A stretch of DNA of 64,000 nt from Spirochaetia bacterium. Lineage in GTDB: Bacteria > Spirochaetota > Spirochaetia > DSM-2461. Position 1 is the first letter of the stretch; each line of letters starts with the position of its first letter. Of the stretch, positions 19,050 to 28,554 are shown in pieces. The translations under genes and the position numbers were made by a program. The notes under the pieces were generated by a model that was not told the DNA's origin, ran no database searches, and saw only the letters and a program-made list of their open reading frames with translations. Location: positions 1,472,048 through 1,536,047 of the forward strand of contig CAXXIA010000001.1 of assembly GCA_963666985.2 (NCBI GenBank), in the 5' to 3' direction.

Positions 19050-19847
19050 ATGAACGTCGTCATCGTCGGATACGGACGCATGGGGAAGCTCATCGAGTCC
19101 ATCCTCGTCGAACGCGGCCATAAGATTGTCCGCAGAGTGGATTCAATGGGGCTGGGAGATACGCAAAACCTCACTTCGGCCGCCCTGACCGGCGCGGACG
19201 GCGTTATCGAGTTCGCTCTTGCGGAAGGGATTTTGGATCGGATCGCCCTCTACGCCGAAGCCGGTGTTAAAACGGTCATCGGAACAACCGGGTGGAACGA
19301 TTCGCTCTTTGCCGCCGAATCTCTTTATAAAAGCTCCGAACAAAAAAGCACGGGCGCTCAAGGCGATCCGGCAATCTCAAACGGCACACGCCGCGGAGCC
19401 CTTCTTTGGGGCAGTAACTTTTCCCTCGGCGCCCATATGTTTTTCCGCCTCAGCCGGGCCGCGGCCAGGCTGGTGAACAAAGCCGAAGAATACGATGTGT
19501 CCCTTATCGAATATCATCACAATAAAAAAGCCGATTATCCTTCGGGAACGGCTTTGACGGCCGCCGAAGGCGTTCTTGCCGAGCTGGACCGCAAAAAACG
19601 GATCATTAAGGATCTGCCCGACGGTCCCATACCGCCGGAAGATCTTCAGGTGGCCTCGGTCCGCGTCGGCTCGGTTCCCGGGATTCACGAAATGCGCATG
19701 GATTCTCCCGCCGATTTTCTGACGGTTCGGCACGAAGCCAGAAATCGCGGGGGACTGGCACTGGGCGCCGTTCGGGGATTGGAATGGCTTGAAGACAAAA
19801 CCGGCTGGTTCGAGGCTGAAGCTTTTTTCGACGATTTATTGGTATAA
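19050..19847 (+). CDS. dapB: 4-hydroxy-tetrahydrodipicolinate reductase
   Basis: GYGRMG, IGTTGW, NFSLG, EYHHNKKADYPSGTA. Confidence 0.92.
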   Translation: MNVVIVGYGRMGKLIESILVERGHKIVRRVDSMGLGDTQNLTSAALTGADGVIEFALAEGILDRIALYAEAGVKTVIGTTGWNDSLFAAESLYKSSEQKSTGAQGDPAISNGTRRGALLWGSNFSLGAHMFFRLSRAAARLVNKAEEYDVSLIEYHHNKKADYPSGTALTAAEGVLAELDRKKRIIKDLPDGPIPPEDLQVASVRVGSVPGIHEMRMDSPADFLTVRHEARNRGGLALGAVRGLEWLEDKTGWFEAEAFFDDLLV

Positions 19848-19923
19848 TCCGATTTTTCTGAGAAAATAACGGGATACAACCATGGCATCGCTTTGCAGCG
19901 CGGTGTCCGAAAGGGAGAAAAAC

Positions 19924-20799
19924 ATGATTTCCGGAGTCATGACGGCGTTGGTCACGCCATTCAGGACGGACCGTTCCATCGACGTGGACGCGCTTGACCG
20001 TCTGGTGGACATGCAGATTGAGAACGGTGTGGACGCCCTGGTGCCCATGGGAACCACCGGGGAAAGCCCCACGGTCAGCCATGATGAAAACATGGAAGTG
20101 GTTGAGCGCGTTATCCGCCGCTCAGGCGGACGCGTGCCGATTATCGCGGGAACGGGATCCAACAGTACCGATGAGGCGATCCGCATGACCAAAATCGCCA
20201 AAAGCATCGGCGCGAACTACAGCCTTCAGGTGGCTCCCTACTACAACAAACCGACACAGGAAGGTTTATACCGTCATTTCAGCACCATCGCGGACACCGT
20301 GGACATTCCCCTGGTTGTTTACAACATCAAAGGCCGCACCGGTGTGAACATAGAAACCCCGACGCTCATGAAGCTGGCGAATCACCCGAACATCGTCGCC
20401 GTTAAGGAAGCTTCGGGAGATTTATCCCAAATGATGGATGTTTTGAAGCAGAAGCCCAAGGACTTCATCGTTCTCTCGGGCGACGACAATATGGCGCTCC
20501 CATTAACCCTGCTCGGCGGAGCGGGTGTTATCTCGGTGGCTTCCAATATTATTCCCCGATATATGTGTGAAATGATCAACGCCGCCCGAAAGGGCGACGT
20601 CGACAAAGCCCGTACGATGCACTTTGAACTGCTGCCGCTGTTTAAGGCCATGTTCCTTGAGACAAATCCCATTCCGGTAAAATCCTGTTTGGCTCAGATG
20701 GGACTGATGGAACCGGTCTGGCGCCTTCCTCTCTGTCCGCCGGCGGACTCAACGGTATCGGCTCTCAAGGATATTCTGAAAAGGCAGGGACTGCTTTAA
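19924..20799 (+). CDS. dapA: 4-hydroxy-tetrahydrodipicolinate synthase
   Basis: TALVTPF, GTTGESPT, PYYNKPTQEG, VYNI, VKEASG, SGDD, NPIPVK. Confidence 0.95.
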   Translation: MISGVMTALVTPFRTDRSIDVDALDRLVDMQIENGVDALVPMGTTGESPTVSHDENMEVVERVIRRSGGRVPIIAGTGSNSTDEAIRMTKIAKSIGANYSLQVAPYYNKPTQEGLYRHFSTIADTVDIPLVVYNIKGRTGVNIETPTLMKLANHPNIVAVKEASGDLSQMMDVLKQKPKDFIVLSGDDNMALPLTLLGGAGVISVASNIIPRYMCEMINAARKGDVDKARTMHFELLPLFKAMFLETNPIPVKSCLAQMGLMEPVWRLPLCPPADSTVSALKDILKRQGLL

Positions 20800-21040
20800 A
20801 ACTCTGCCGCCGATGAGGCTTCCGTCGATTACCGCCGGAGGCCGCCGGTGATTCTTAAAAAACTCGGCTTGCTCCCATGGGCACGAGTGTTTATTACCCG
20901 CTTGAATATGTCTGGACAGAGGGGCCGTATTTCGTGTATAGTCCGACGTCGCGGTCAGTTAAGAAGTTTTTCCATTAGCCCCTCTTCGAGACGCCGTGAA
21001 AGAGTGGACTCCCACATTCCGTGGGCCAAAAGGAGGAGTA

Positions 21041-21577
21041 TTGGCCGTTAAAGAAATGCGGATCAATGAAGATATCCGCGTCAGAGAAGTCCGACTGATC
21101 GATCAGGACGGCGAGCAGGCCGGGATAGTCCCTACGACGGATGCTCTGAATATGGCGAAGGAATTGGGACTCGATCTCGTGGAAGTGTCTCCCCAAGCCA
21201 GACCTCCGGTCTGCAAGCTCCTCAATTACGGCAAGTACAAGTACGAACTGGAAAAAAAGTCCAGGGAGCAGAAGAAAAAAGCCAGCCAAGTGCGTCTGAA
21301 GGAAGTGCGGATGCAGCCTAAAATCGAGCAGCACGATATGGCTTTTAAGACCAAACATGTCCAGGAGTTCCTGGACCAGGGCAATAAAGTCAAGGTAACC
21401 ATCCGTTTCCGGGGGCGGGAACTTGCTCACACGGAACTTGGGAAGGATAAACTTGATTCAATTCTGGAGCTTCTTGAGGAGGACAGCTACAGAATCGACA
21501 GCCCGCCTCGAATGGAAGGACGGTTTATGTCCATGCTCCTCAGTCCCAAGTCGAAAAAACCGGCTGGGAAAAGTTAA
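21041..21577 (+). CDS. infC: Translation initiation factor IF-3
   Basis: [50 protein letters not shown] start after AGGAGGAG. Confidence 0.95.
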   Translation: MAVKEMRINEDIRVREVRLIDQDGEQAGIVPTTDALNMAKELGLDLVEVSPQARPPVCKLLNYGKYKYELEKKSREQKKKASQVRLKEVRMQPKIEQHDMAFKTKHVQEFLDQGNKVKVTIRFRGRELAHTELGKDKLDSILELLEEDSYRIDSPPRMEGRFMSMLLSPKSKKPAGKS

Positions 21578-21711
21578 GGAATCCCTCGGCGGAAAGAGGG
21601 AGACGGAGAAGGCCCGAGGCATGAAGCCGGAGGCATAAAGCGGGTCCGCAGGATGCGGATCTTTGCGAACAATTCCCGATTCCGCCGTATATAAAAGGAA
21701 AGGTAGAAGCC

Positions 21712-21909
21712 ATGCCGAAAGTCAAAACGAGAAAAAGCGCGGCCAAAAGGTTTAAGAAAACCGCCGGCGGTAAATTCATGTACAAATGTCAGGGAACCAG
21801 ACATATTCTCACGAAGAAGTCACCCAAACGCAAACGCAATTTGCGTCACAGTCATGTTGTCAGCGACGTTGAAGTACCTCGGCTGAACCGAATGCTTCCC
21901 TACGCATAA
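21712..21909 (+). CDS. rpmI: 50S ribosomal protein L35
   Basis: [17 protein letters not shown]...[15 protein letters not shown]. Confidence 0.97.
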   Translation: MPKVKTRKSAAKRFKKTAGGKFMYKCQGTRHILTKKSPKRKRNLRHSHVVSDVEVPRLNRMLPYA

Positions 21910-21932
21910 GCAAAGAATCAGGAGAACGAATT

Positions 21933-22292
21933 ATGCCAAGAGCAGTAGACGGAACAAGACGCAAAGACAGACGGAAGAAAATTCTCAATCAGGCCAGCGG
22001 GTACTGGGGAAGACGCAGTAAGCTCACTCGCGTTGCAAAAGATACGGTTCGTAAAGCGGGACAGTATGCATACCGCGACAGGAAAGTTAAGAAACGGGAT
22101 TTCCGCCAACTCTGGATCGCCCGTATCTCGGCTGCGACTCGAGCGGAAGGACTTACCTACTCCCGATTTATCAACGGTCTGAATAAGGCCAACATCGAGA
22201 TTAACCGAAAAGTCCTCTCCAACATGGCCATTGAAGATCCCGCATCCTTCAAGGCTTTGGTGGAAACCGCCCGAAAAAGCCTCGAGAGCTGA
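21933..22292 (+). CDS. rplT: 50S ribosomal protein L20
   Basis: [38 protein letters not shown]. Confidence 0.97.
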   Translation: MPRAVDGTRRKDRRKKILNQASGYWGRRSKLTRVAKDTVRKAGQYAYRDRKVKKRDFRQLWIARISAATRAEGLTYSRFINGLNKANIEINRKVLSNMAIEDPASFKALVETARKSLES

Positions 22293-22307
22293 TCATGAAT
22301 CCGGCAC

Positions 22308-22452
22308 GTCCCTCCGGACGTGCCGAGAATCCGTAATACACAGCTTAAAATCACCGTAACCGCACAGAAGAGAACCCTTCAAAGACTGTCGGCGTTCTTC
22401 TCAATACAGATAATATGAAGCTGAAAGGGAATATTCTACGGTCCGGGAACTC
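22308..22452 (-). ncRNA. ssrS: Candidate 6S RNA
   Basis: Rod fold on minus strand: CCGGAC:GTCCGG closing stem with 3' CGGCA bulge, AGAAT:ATTCT, CAGCTT:AAGCTG, central bubble, terminal stem; position next to rplT and zapB/zapA; ends approximate. Confidence 0.5.
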
Positions 22453-22457
22453 TATCA

Positions 22458-22486
22458 TTGCGTCGTTTTTTCTTTCAGGCGATAAT
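22458..22486 (+). promoter_or_regulatory. Sigma70 promoter of the zapB-like gene
   Basis: TTGCGT-17 nt-GATAAT. Confidence 0.55.
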
Positions 22487-22525
22487 TCCCTATTGGAATC
22501 CCAAGCATCCTAAGGAGAAACCGAC

Positions 22526-23305
22526 ATGATCAGCCTCGAGCAGGTACGGCAATTAGATATTCGCGTAAAGAAGGCGGTAACCGCCGTTAAGAACCTCAGT
22601 ACCGAAAACGCGGAGTTAAAACGGCATATAGCCGAACTTGAATCCCGCTTGAGTGAATTAACCCGAGAAGCCTCCGACAGACAAGAAGATGAAAAACGCC
22701 TTGAGGTAAGCCTTCAAGGCGTTCTTGATGTCCTTGACGAAGTGGAAGGAGAAACCTCGGACATCGAACCCGAATCCGTTGAGGTAGAAAATCCCGCCGC
22801 GGACGAAGAATTCGATGAAACGGAAGAAATCTCCGCGGAACCGGCGGATCAAGAAGACGAAGAGTCGAAGAATCTTTCGGAAGCCCCTTTGGAATTCGAA
22901 AACGACGAAGAGGAAGAAAATCAATCCGCCGTAAATGAAGTTGAAGACTCTCCGGAAGCGGCGGATGAAACTGAAACGGAAGAAATCCCCGCGGAAGCGG
23001 CGGATCAGGAAGACGAAGAATCAAAAAATCTTTCGGAAGCCCCTTTGGAATTTGAAAGCGACGAAGAGGAAGAAAATCAATCCGCCGTAAATGAAGTTGA
23101 AGACTCTTCGGAAGCGGCGGATGAAGAACCGCCTTCCCTTAATCTTGAGGATGCCGCCGAGAGTGAAGAATCGATTCGAACAACGGTTTTTGAAGATACC
23201 GACGAAGAGAATGATACTGAATCGGAAGAGGAAATCTCTTTAGAGGAAAATACCGACGAAGCGGACGACGATGATCGCTTCCAGTCGGAATTTGATATTT
23301 TCTAA
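22526..23305 (+). CDS. ZapB-like coiled-coil protein with long acidic repeat tail
   Basis: N-terminal heptads (LEQVRQLDIRVKKAV..L..ENAELK); directly upstream of zapA; D/E-rich tail ending EFDIF. Confidence 0.6.
   Translation: MISLEQVRQLDIRVKKAVTAVKNLSTENAELKRHIAELESRLSELTREASDRQEDEKRLEVSLQGVLDVLDEVEGETSDIEPESVEVENPAADEEFDETEEISAEPADQEDEESKNLSEAPLEFENDEEEENQSAVNEVEDSPEAADETETEEIPAEAADQEDEESKNLSEAPLEFESDEEEENQSAVNEVEDSSEAADEEPPSLNLEDAAESEESIRTTVFEDTDEENDTESEEEISLEENTDEADDDDRFQSEFDIF
22817..23125 (+). repeat. In-frame tandem duplication, 156-bp (52-aa) unit x2
   Basis: Units start at 22817 and 22973; ETEEI.AE.ADQEDEESKNLSEAPLEFE.DEEEENQSAVNEVEDS.EAADE repeated. Confidence 0.95.
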
Positions 23306-23613
23306 TGGCCGGCGGGAATAAGCTGACAATAAATGTCTTAGGCACCTCGTTCACGATCCGTGCGGACGAGGATGAAGCCTATTTAAAGCGTATTCTCTGG
23401 TATCTCGAACGAAAAATCGAAGAGACCAAACAGCGAACCCCCATCGCCGATCCGATAAAAATATCCATTCTTACCAGTTTCTACATCATCGACGAATTAC
23501 TTCGGGAAAAAACCCGCGGAGGAAGAGACGGTATTCTTGAGGAGGAATCCGAGGAGATGGAACGCATTGCGTTGCGGTTGATTTCTCAGATTGACGACAT
23601 CATTTCCGATTAA
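23305..23613 (+). CDS. zapA: Cell division protein ZapA
   Basis: INVLGTSFTIRADEDEAYL...KISILTSFYIIDEL pattern; 102 aa. Confidence 0.8.
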   Translation: MAGGNKLTINVLGTSFTIRADEDEAYLKRILWYLERKIEETKQRTPIADPIKISILTSFYIIDELLREKTRGGRDGILEEESEEMERIALRLISQIDDIISD

Positions 23614-23676
23614 TCCCAATAAATGTTTGCGGACAGAATTGACTCGATGCGGATCGCCTCGTAAAGTCGAAGACAC

Positions 23677-24495
23677 ATGGCCATCGTAACAAGCCGACAG
23701 CTCACAGAATATTATAATAAATACGGCAAAATCGACGTTACCTTCACGAAGGAGATTAACGATTCCCTCAGAGTTGCCCGTAATCAGATCTATTTAAAGT
23801 TCAAAGACGGACAAAGGCCTTGTATTCTCTATTCGTCGTCCATGATGGAAGCCAAGATTGTCGTCGCATTGAATGAAGATCTGATAAAAAAGGTCAAAGA
23901 CGACAATCTCGTTTCACTTCGTTTCTGCTTTTACAAGGAAGACCGCAGCGATATTTTCAGCTTTTTCGTTCAAGGCCGAATCACCGGATTAACGCTCTAC
24001 AATAAAGAGAACAACCTTCATTTCGCACAAATTTCATTCACGCATAAACCGCCGGACGACATGATAGAAATCATGGGCAGTCTGCTGGAAGCCAATATCA
24101 ACGCCGCCCGCAGAGCGGAAGAACGAATCGTCGTTAATAATGAAAGCCTCCGCCGTTTGGGAATCGCATCGAAAAACGCCGTCCTCCTGATCGATAGAAT
24201 ACCCCGTAACGGGATTATCCGAGACTTATCGTTCGGCGGCATCAAAATTATTATAATGGGAAATCCGAAATTTCTTATCGGCAAGTTGGCGATTATTAAC
24301 TTTTCCTTAAGTTCCGGAAAATCGCTTAATGTCGTCGGTGAAATCGTAAGATTCGAATCCGTCGAGGGCCGAAAAGACCTGGCGGCCCTCGCGATAAAGT
24401 ATATTCCGGAAAAAGTTCCGTTCGAATACAAACTCCTCATTAATGAATACTTAAGATACGCAGGGCGAAAAAAAGCTCCGAAAGAGGCTCAATGA
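23677..24495 (+). CDS. plzA: PilZ-domain c-di-GMP receptor (PlzA-like)
   Basis: RAEER (RxxxR) and DLSFGG (DxSxxG); spirochaete-type N-terminal domain. Confidence 0.8.
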   Translation: MAIVTSRQLTEYYNKYGKIDVTFTKEINDSLRVARNQIYLKFKDGQRPCILYSSSMMEAKIVVALNEDLIKKVKDDNLVSLRFCFYKEDRSDIFSFFVQGRITGLTLYNKENNLHFAQISFTHKPPDDMIEIMGSLLEANINAARRAEERIVVNNESLRRLGIASKNAVLLIDRIPRNGIIRDLSFGGIKIIIMGNPKFLIGKLAIINFSLSSGKSLNVVGEIVRFESVEGRKDLAALAIKYIPEKVPFEYKLLINEYLRYAGRKKAPKEAQ

Positions 24496-25586
24496 ACACC
24501 GGCGGAACCGATCCCATAGAAAAACTCCTGTGGATTGATCTTCCAGAGGATATCGATCTCGACATGGGTGTTTTCCGGCTGAACCCCGCCGTTCCTCTGC
24601 CCATAGAACCCGAAGACGGCGAAACCATAGACATTGAAAACGTCACCTGGGATAAAATCGTCGCGGCATGTCTTTTGGTTCTTGCCAATGAACCGTCACA
24701 CATTCACGCCGCCTATTATCGGGAATTTCTAACGGCTCTCAGGCCCGAACTGACCGAAGAGCTCCTCGAAGCTTCGCAGGGATGTATTGCGGACGGCGAC
24801 TGGTCATCGGCGGAAGATGTCCTCTTGGCGCTGAGAGGTTTCGCTCCGGAATCGGCGGCGGCCATGCATGCAATGGCCCGCTATTATGACCTCCGTTCCA
24901 AATCGGAGGCTTCCGAGGCCTTTAAGGAAGCGGCCGAGGCGGCCTATTCGGAACTCCTTTCGGATCATATCGCGCCCGCCGAGGCCTGGTTCGATGCCGG
25001 AGAATTCCGATACCGCTGCGGAGATTTCCGCCGATCGCTGGAAACCCTCGAATATTACCTGGATATCGCCGAAGACGGGGAGAATGTCTCCGAAGCACGC
25101 CGCATGGTGAGTCTCTGCAGAGACCAGGGTCAGGCTGATGATTTGTACATGGCGGCCTATACGGCCCTTAACGAGGGACGTCTTGAAGAAGGAACCGAAT
25201 TAGCGCGTGAATTTCGCGACGGGAAACCCGGCGGCTGGCCGGGCTGGTTCCTTCTCGGCTGGGCCTTAAGGCTTTCGGAACGATGGGAAGAAGCAAGAAT
25301 CGCCTTTGAGGGTGCCGTTCATCGAGGCTGCGCCGAAGGCAGCCTCTTCAACGAGCTGGCAATGTGTTTGCGGGCTCTCGGCGACTATGAATCATCGGCA
25401 AAAGCCTTGGAGCAAGCCCTTCGGCGCGATCCGGAGAACATAAAGATCCTCTCCAACATGGCCGTTCTTCAGCTTGAGAGGGGAAATGAGGCCGAGGCGC
25501 TGCGCTGGCTGAACACGGCTTTAACCATGGATCCCGACGATCCGGTGTGCAAATCGTTAATGGAAAGAATCGAAGACAAAGAATAA
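24492..25586 (+). CDS. TPR protein
   Basis: Multiple TPR motifs (WFLLGWALR, NELAMCLRALG, LEQALRRDPENIKILSNMA). Confidence 0.8.
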   Translation: MNTGGTDPIEKLLWIDLPEDIDLDMGVFRLNPAVPLPIEPEDGETIDIENVTWDKIVAACLLVLANEPSHIHAAYYREFLTALRPELTEELLEASQGCIADGDWSSAEDVLLALRGFAPESAAAMHAMARYYDLRSKSEASEAFKEAAEAAYSELLSDHIAPAEAWFDAGEFRYRCGDFRRSLETLEYYLDIAEDGENVSEARRMVSLCRDQGQADDLYMAAYTALNEGRLEEGTELAREFRDGKPGGWPGWFLLGWALRLSERWEEARIAFEGAVHRGCAEGSLFNELAMCLRALGDYESSAKALEQALRRDPENIKILSNMAVLQLERGNEAEALRWLNTALTMDPDDPVCKSLMERIEDKE

Positions 25587-25872
25587 TCCGTTTTTTTAGC
25601 GGGCCGTTCATTCAAATTCCATGCAATTGAGAAATCCTCGGCCCAGCCTTATCCTGCGCTCCGGCGGATCTTGCCCGTAAAGACCGGCCCGAAACGGCCG
25701 AACCGCTCAAGGGGGGCTGGCGGGCATTTTTTTTAAATCCCCGAACTTTTTTCTAAAGTCACCGCTTTGAGAACCGACTTTTCGGCGGATTCTCACGCGA
25801 CTTAAGTTTTTTTTGAATTTTTTTTTAAAGTTTTTCAGTTCCGCCTGTCGATGATCGAATTAGAAGAATTCC

Positions 25873-25899
25873 TAAAGTTCTCCCGCGGGATGCCGATAA
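25873..25899 (+). promoter_or_regulatory. Sigma28 (FliA) promoter of first flaB
   Basis: TAAA-N15-GCCGATAA exact consensus. Confidence 0.85.
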
Positions 25900-25932
25900 G
25901 CCTCCGGCCGGTAGAGCGGAAGGAAGGATTCA

Positions 25933-25950
25933 ACGGGCAAGGATGCCCGT
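25933..25950 (+). promoter_or_regulatory. CsrA-binding hairpin in flaB leader
   Basis: ACGGGCA-AGGA-TGCCCGT: perfect stem with GGA loop. Confidence 0.75.
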
Positions 25951-25979
25951 AATTCCATCATCTTTTCATGGAGGGACAG

Positions 25980-26840
25980 ATGATTATTAATCACAACATG
26001 AGCGCTTTGAATGCTCAGCGGAACCTGAAAATCGCGAACGGCGACACAATGAACAGCATGTCCAAGCTTTCCAGCGGACTGCGCATCAACAAAGCCGGCG
26101 ACGACGCTTCGGGTTTGGCGGTTTCAGAGAAAATGCGGGCCCAGATCCGCGGTTTGAACCAGGCAAGCCGGAATGCGGCGGATGGTGTCTCTTTCATCCA
26201 AACCACCGAAGGCTACCTTCAGGAAACCACGGATATTCTGCACAGAATCCGGGAACTGGCCATTCAGGCTTCGAACGGAATCTACTCCGCCGAGGACAGA
26301 ATGCAGATTCAGGTCGAGGTTTCTCAGCTCGTGGACGAAGTTGACCGCATCGCTTCACATGCCCAGTTCAACGGCATGAACATGCTGACCGGCCGCTTCG
26401 CCATGGACAACGGATTCAACACCCCCACCGCTTCGATGTGGTTCCATATCGGCGCCAACATGGATCAGCGCGAAAAGGTGTACATCGGAACCATGACCGC
26501 CAATGCCCTCGATCTACGCCAAGTGGGTACCGGTTCCATCATTTCCATCAGCACTCCCGAGCAGGCAAACCGGAATATCGGCGTCGTCGACGGAGCCCTG
26601 AAGAGAGTCAACAAACAGCGTGCCGACCTTGGCGCCTACCAGAACCGCCTTGAGATGGCCATTAAGGGCATCGACATCGGCGCCGAGAATCTGCAGGCTT
26701 CCGAAAGCCGGATTCGCGACCTGGATATGGCTTCCGGAATGGTCGAGTACACCCGGAACCAGATTCTCACCCAGTCCAGCACCGCCATGCTCGCTCAGGC
26801 GAACATGCGGGGTCAGAGCGTTCTCCAGCTGCTCCAGTAG
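25980..26840 (+). CDS. flaB: Periplasmic flagellar core protein FlaB
   Basis: [53 protein letters not shown]; 286 aa. Confidence 0.97.
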   Translation: MIINHNMSALNAQRNLKIANGDTMNSMSKLSSGLRINKAGDDASGLAVSEKMRAQIRGLNQASRNAADGVSFIQTTEGYLQETTDILHRIRELAIQASNGIYSAEDRMQIQVEVSQLVDEVDRIASHAQFNGMNMLTGRFAMDNGFNTPTASMWFHIGANMDQREKVYIGTMTANALDLRQVGTGSIISISTPEQANRNIGVVDGALKRVNKQRADLGAYQNRLEMAIKGIDIGAENLQASESRIRDLDMASGMVEYTRNQILTQSSTAMLAQANMRGQSVLQLLQ

Positions 26841-26846
26841 CGGCGG

Positions 26847-26872
26847 TAACGGAGATCTTCGGATCTCCGTTA
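26847..26872 (+). terminator. Hairpin after first flaB
   Basis: TAACGGAGATC-TTCG-GATCTCCGTTA perfect stem with cUUCGg loop; no U-tract, so may be a stabiliser rather than a terminator. Confidence 0.55.
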
Positions 26873-27139
26873 TGACCTTGTCGACTCCCCCCGCGGGGAT
26901 TATACTTATCTTTGCGGGGGCATCGACTCTCCCGGGAGCTTTCTTCTTCAAAAGAACCGAATGAGGATAAGCTTTCTAAATTGATCTTTGAAAAGCACCT
27001 TCTTGAGCGAGACACGGGCGAGTGTGCCATTCCCGTTGTATTCAGCGGTAATGGTTCCTCGTGTCGAATGGGGTAAGGACGGAACGGGAGCGACGCGCTT
27101 GGTCTCCCGGAACCCACCCCGTGATCGTGAGGAAAATGA

Positions 27140-27153
27140 GGGCAAGGATGCCC
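27140..27153 (+). promoter_or_regulatory. CsrA-binding hairpin in second flaB leader
   Basis: GGGCA-AGGA-TGCCC, same core as the first flaB leader. Confidence 0.75.
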
Positions 27154-27178
27154 AAATCGTCCCATTCAAGGAGGGAAC

Positions 27179-28039
27179 ATGATTATTAATCATAATATGA
27201 GCGCCATTAATGCGAATCGACAGCTCGGCCTTGTGAACCGATCCACCATGCAGTCCATGGAAAAACTTGCCAGCGGACTGAGGATTAACAAAGCCGGTGA
27301 CGATGCATCCGGTTTGGCGGTCAGTGAGAAGATGCGGTCCCAGATCCGCGGTCTGAATCAGGCCGTTCGGAATATCGAAGACGGCGTTTCCTTTATCCAG
27401 ACAACCGAAGGTTACCTTCAGGAGTCACAGGATATACTGCACCGTATCCGGGAACTGTCGGTTCAAGCCGCGAACGGTATTTATTCGTCCGAGGATCGAA
27501 TGCAGATCCAGGTTGAGGTTTCTCAGCTTGTCGACGAAATCAACCGTATCGCTTCCCATGCTCAGTTCAACGGTATGAACATTCTGACCGGTCGGTTCGC
27601 CGACAGCACCACCGAAGACCCCGACAGAATCATGCAGCTTCAGGTCGGTGCCAACATGGATCAGTCTGAAAAAATCAATATCGGAACAATGACGGCTCAG
27701 GCATTGGGTCTGGCCAACGAGCAGGGAGAAGGCGGCATCGTTACCATTGAATCCGTCGAAGACGCGAACCGAACCATCGGTCTCGTGGATGAGGCGTTGA
27801 AGAAGGTTAACAAGCAAAGGGCTGACCTCGGCGCTTATCAGAATCGGTTCGAAATGGCCTCCAAGGGTGTGGCGATTGCCGCGGAAAACCTCCAGGCAGC
27901 CGAATCCCAAATCCGGGATGCCAATATGGCTTCTCAGATGGTCGACTATACGAAGAACTCGATTCTCACTCAGGCCGGCACATCAATGCTGGCTCAAGCC
28001 AACATGCGGACCCAGTCCGTACTTCAGCTGTTGGGATAA
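27179..28039 (+). CDS. flaB: Periplasmic flagellar core protein FlaB (second paralogue)
   Basis: Same conserved termini as first flaB, divergent middle; 286 aa. Confidence 0.97.
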   Translation: MIINHNMSAINANRQLGLVNRSTMQSMEKLASGLRINKAGDDASGLAVSEKMRSQIRGLNQAVRNIEDGVSFIQTTEGYLQESQDILHRIRELSVQAANGIYSSEDRMQIQVEVSQLVDEINRIASHAQFNGMNILTGRFADSTTEDPDRIMQLQVGANMDQSEKINIGTMTAQALGLANEQGEGGIVTIESVEDANRTIGLVDEALKKVNKQRADLGAYQNRFEMASKGVAIAAENLQAAESQIRDANMASQMVDYTKNSILTQAGTSMLAQANMRTQSVLQLLG

Positions 28040-28072
28040 GAATCGGCTGAAGATTCCGTCCAAGACAATTAA

Positions 28073-28136
28073 GTGGAAAAGAGATCTGGACGTCATCTTT
28101 TCCACGGGAAAACCGGAGAGGACGCGTCCCTCTCCG
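28073..28136 (+). terminator. Two hairpins after second flaB
   Basis: GTGGAAAAGA/TCTTTTCCAC and CCGGAGAG/CTCTCCGG stems. Confidence 0.45.
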
Positions 28137-28221
28137 GGATTACCCATTCGGAGAGAAGAGGACACAGGCACCCATACTAGGGCAACAGCCATGGTGCCGA
28201 ACGATACTGAGGAGGTGAAAC

Positions 28222-28554
28222 ATGGATGTAGCGCGCCTCACAACCGCGACCGCGATCGGGAACATGGACGTTCCGCGGGGTCGAGTGAGCGACGCCGGAA
28301 GCCCTCCGACGGAACAGGCGAAAGTCGCTCCTCCCCCGGAACCTGATAAAACGCATGTCAAAGCCGTTCTCGACAAAATCATCCGCAACACACGGTTTCA
28401 ATATGACATCAAGGATGAGCTGGGCTATTTCATAGTCAGAATCATCGACCAGGATACCGATAAAATAATCAGAGAAATTCCGTCGAGAGAGCTTCAAAAG
28501 GTTCACGAGGGCATCGAGCAGGCCCTGGGTCTCCTTTTCGACGAGTTTATCTGA
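28222..28554 (+). CDS. flaG: Flagellar protein FlaG
   Basis: FIVRIIDQDTDKIIREIPS..GLLFDE; lies between flagellin and fliD. Confidence 0.88.
   Translation: MDVARLTTATAIGNMDVPRGRVSDAGSPPTEQAKVAPPPEPDKTHVKAVLDKIIRNTRFQYDIKDELGYFIVRIIDQDTDKIIREIPSRELQKVHEGIEQALGLLFDEFI

Noticed and set aside
22817..23125. Direct repeats as a CRISPR array
   Set aside because: Two contiguous in-frame 156-bp coding units, no spacers, no cas genes
25980..28039. Tandem flagellins as an antigenic-variation or inversion switch
   Set aside because: Multiple FlaB paralogues are normal in spirochaetes; no invertase or flanking inverted repeats
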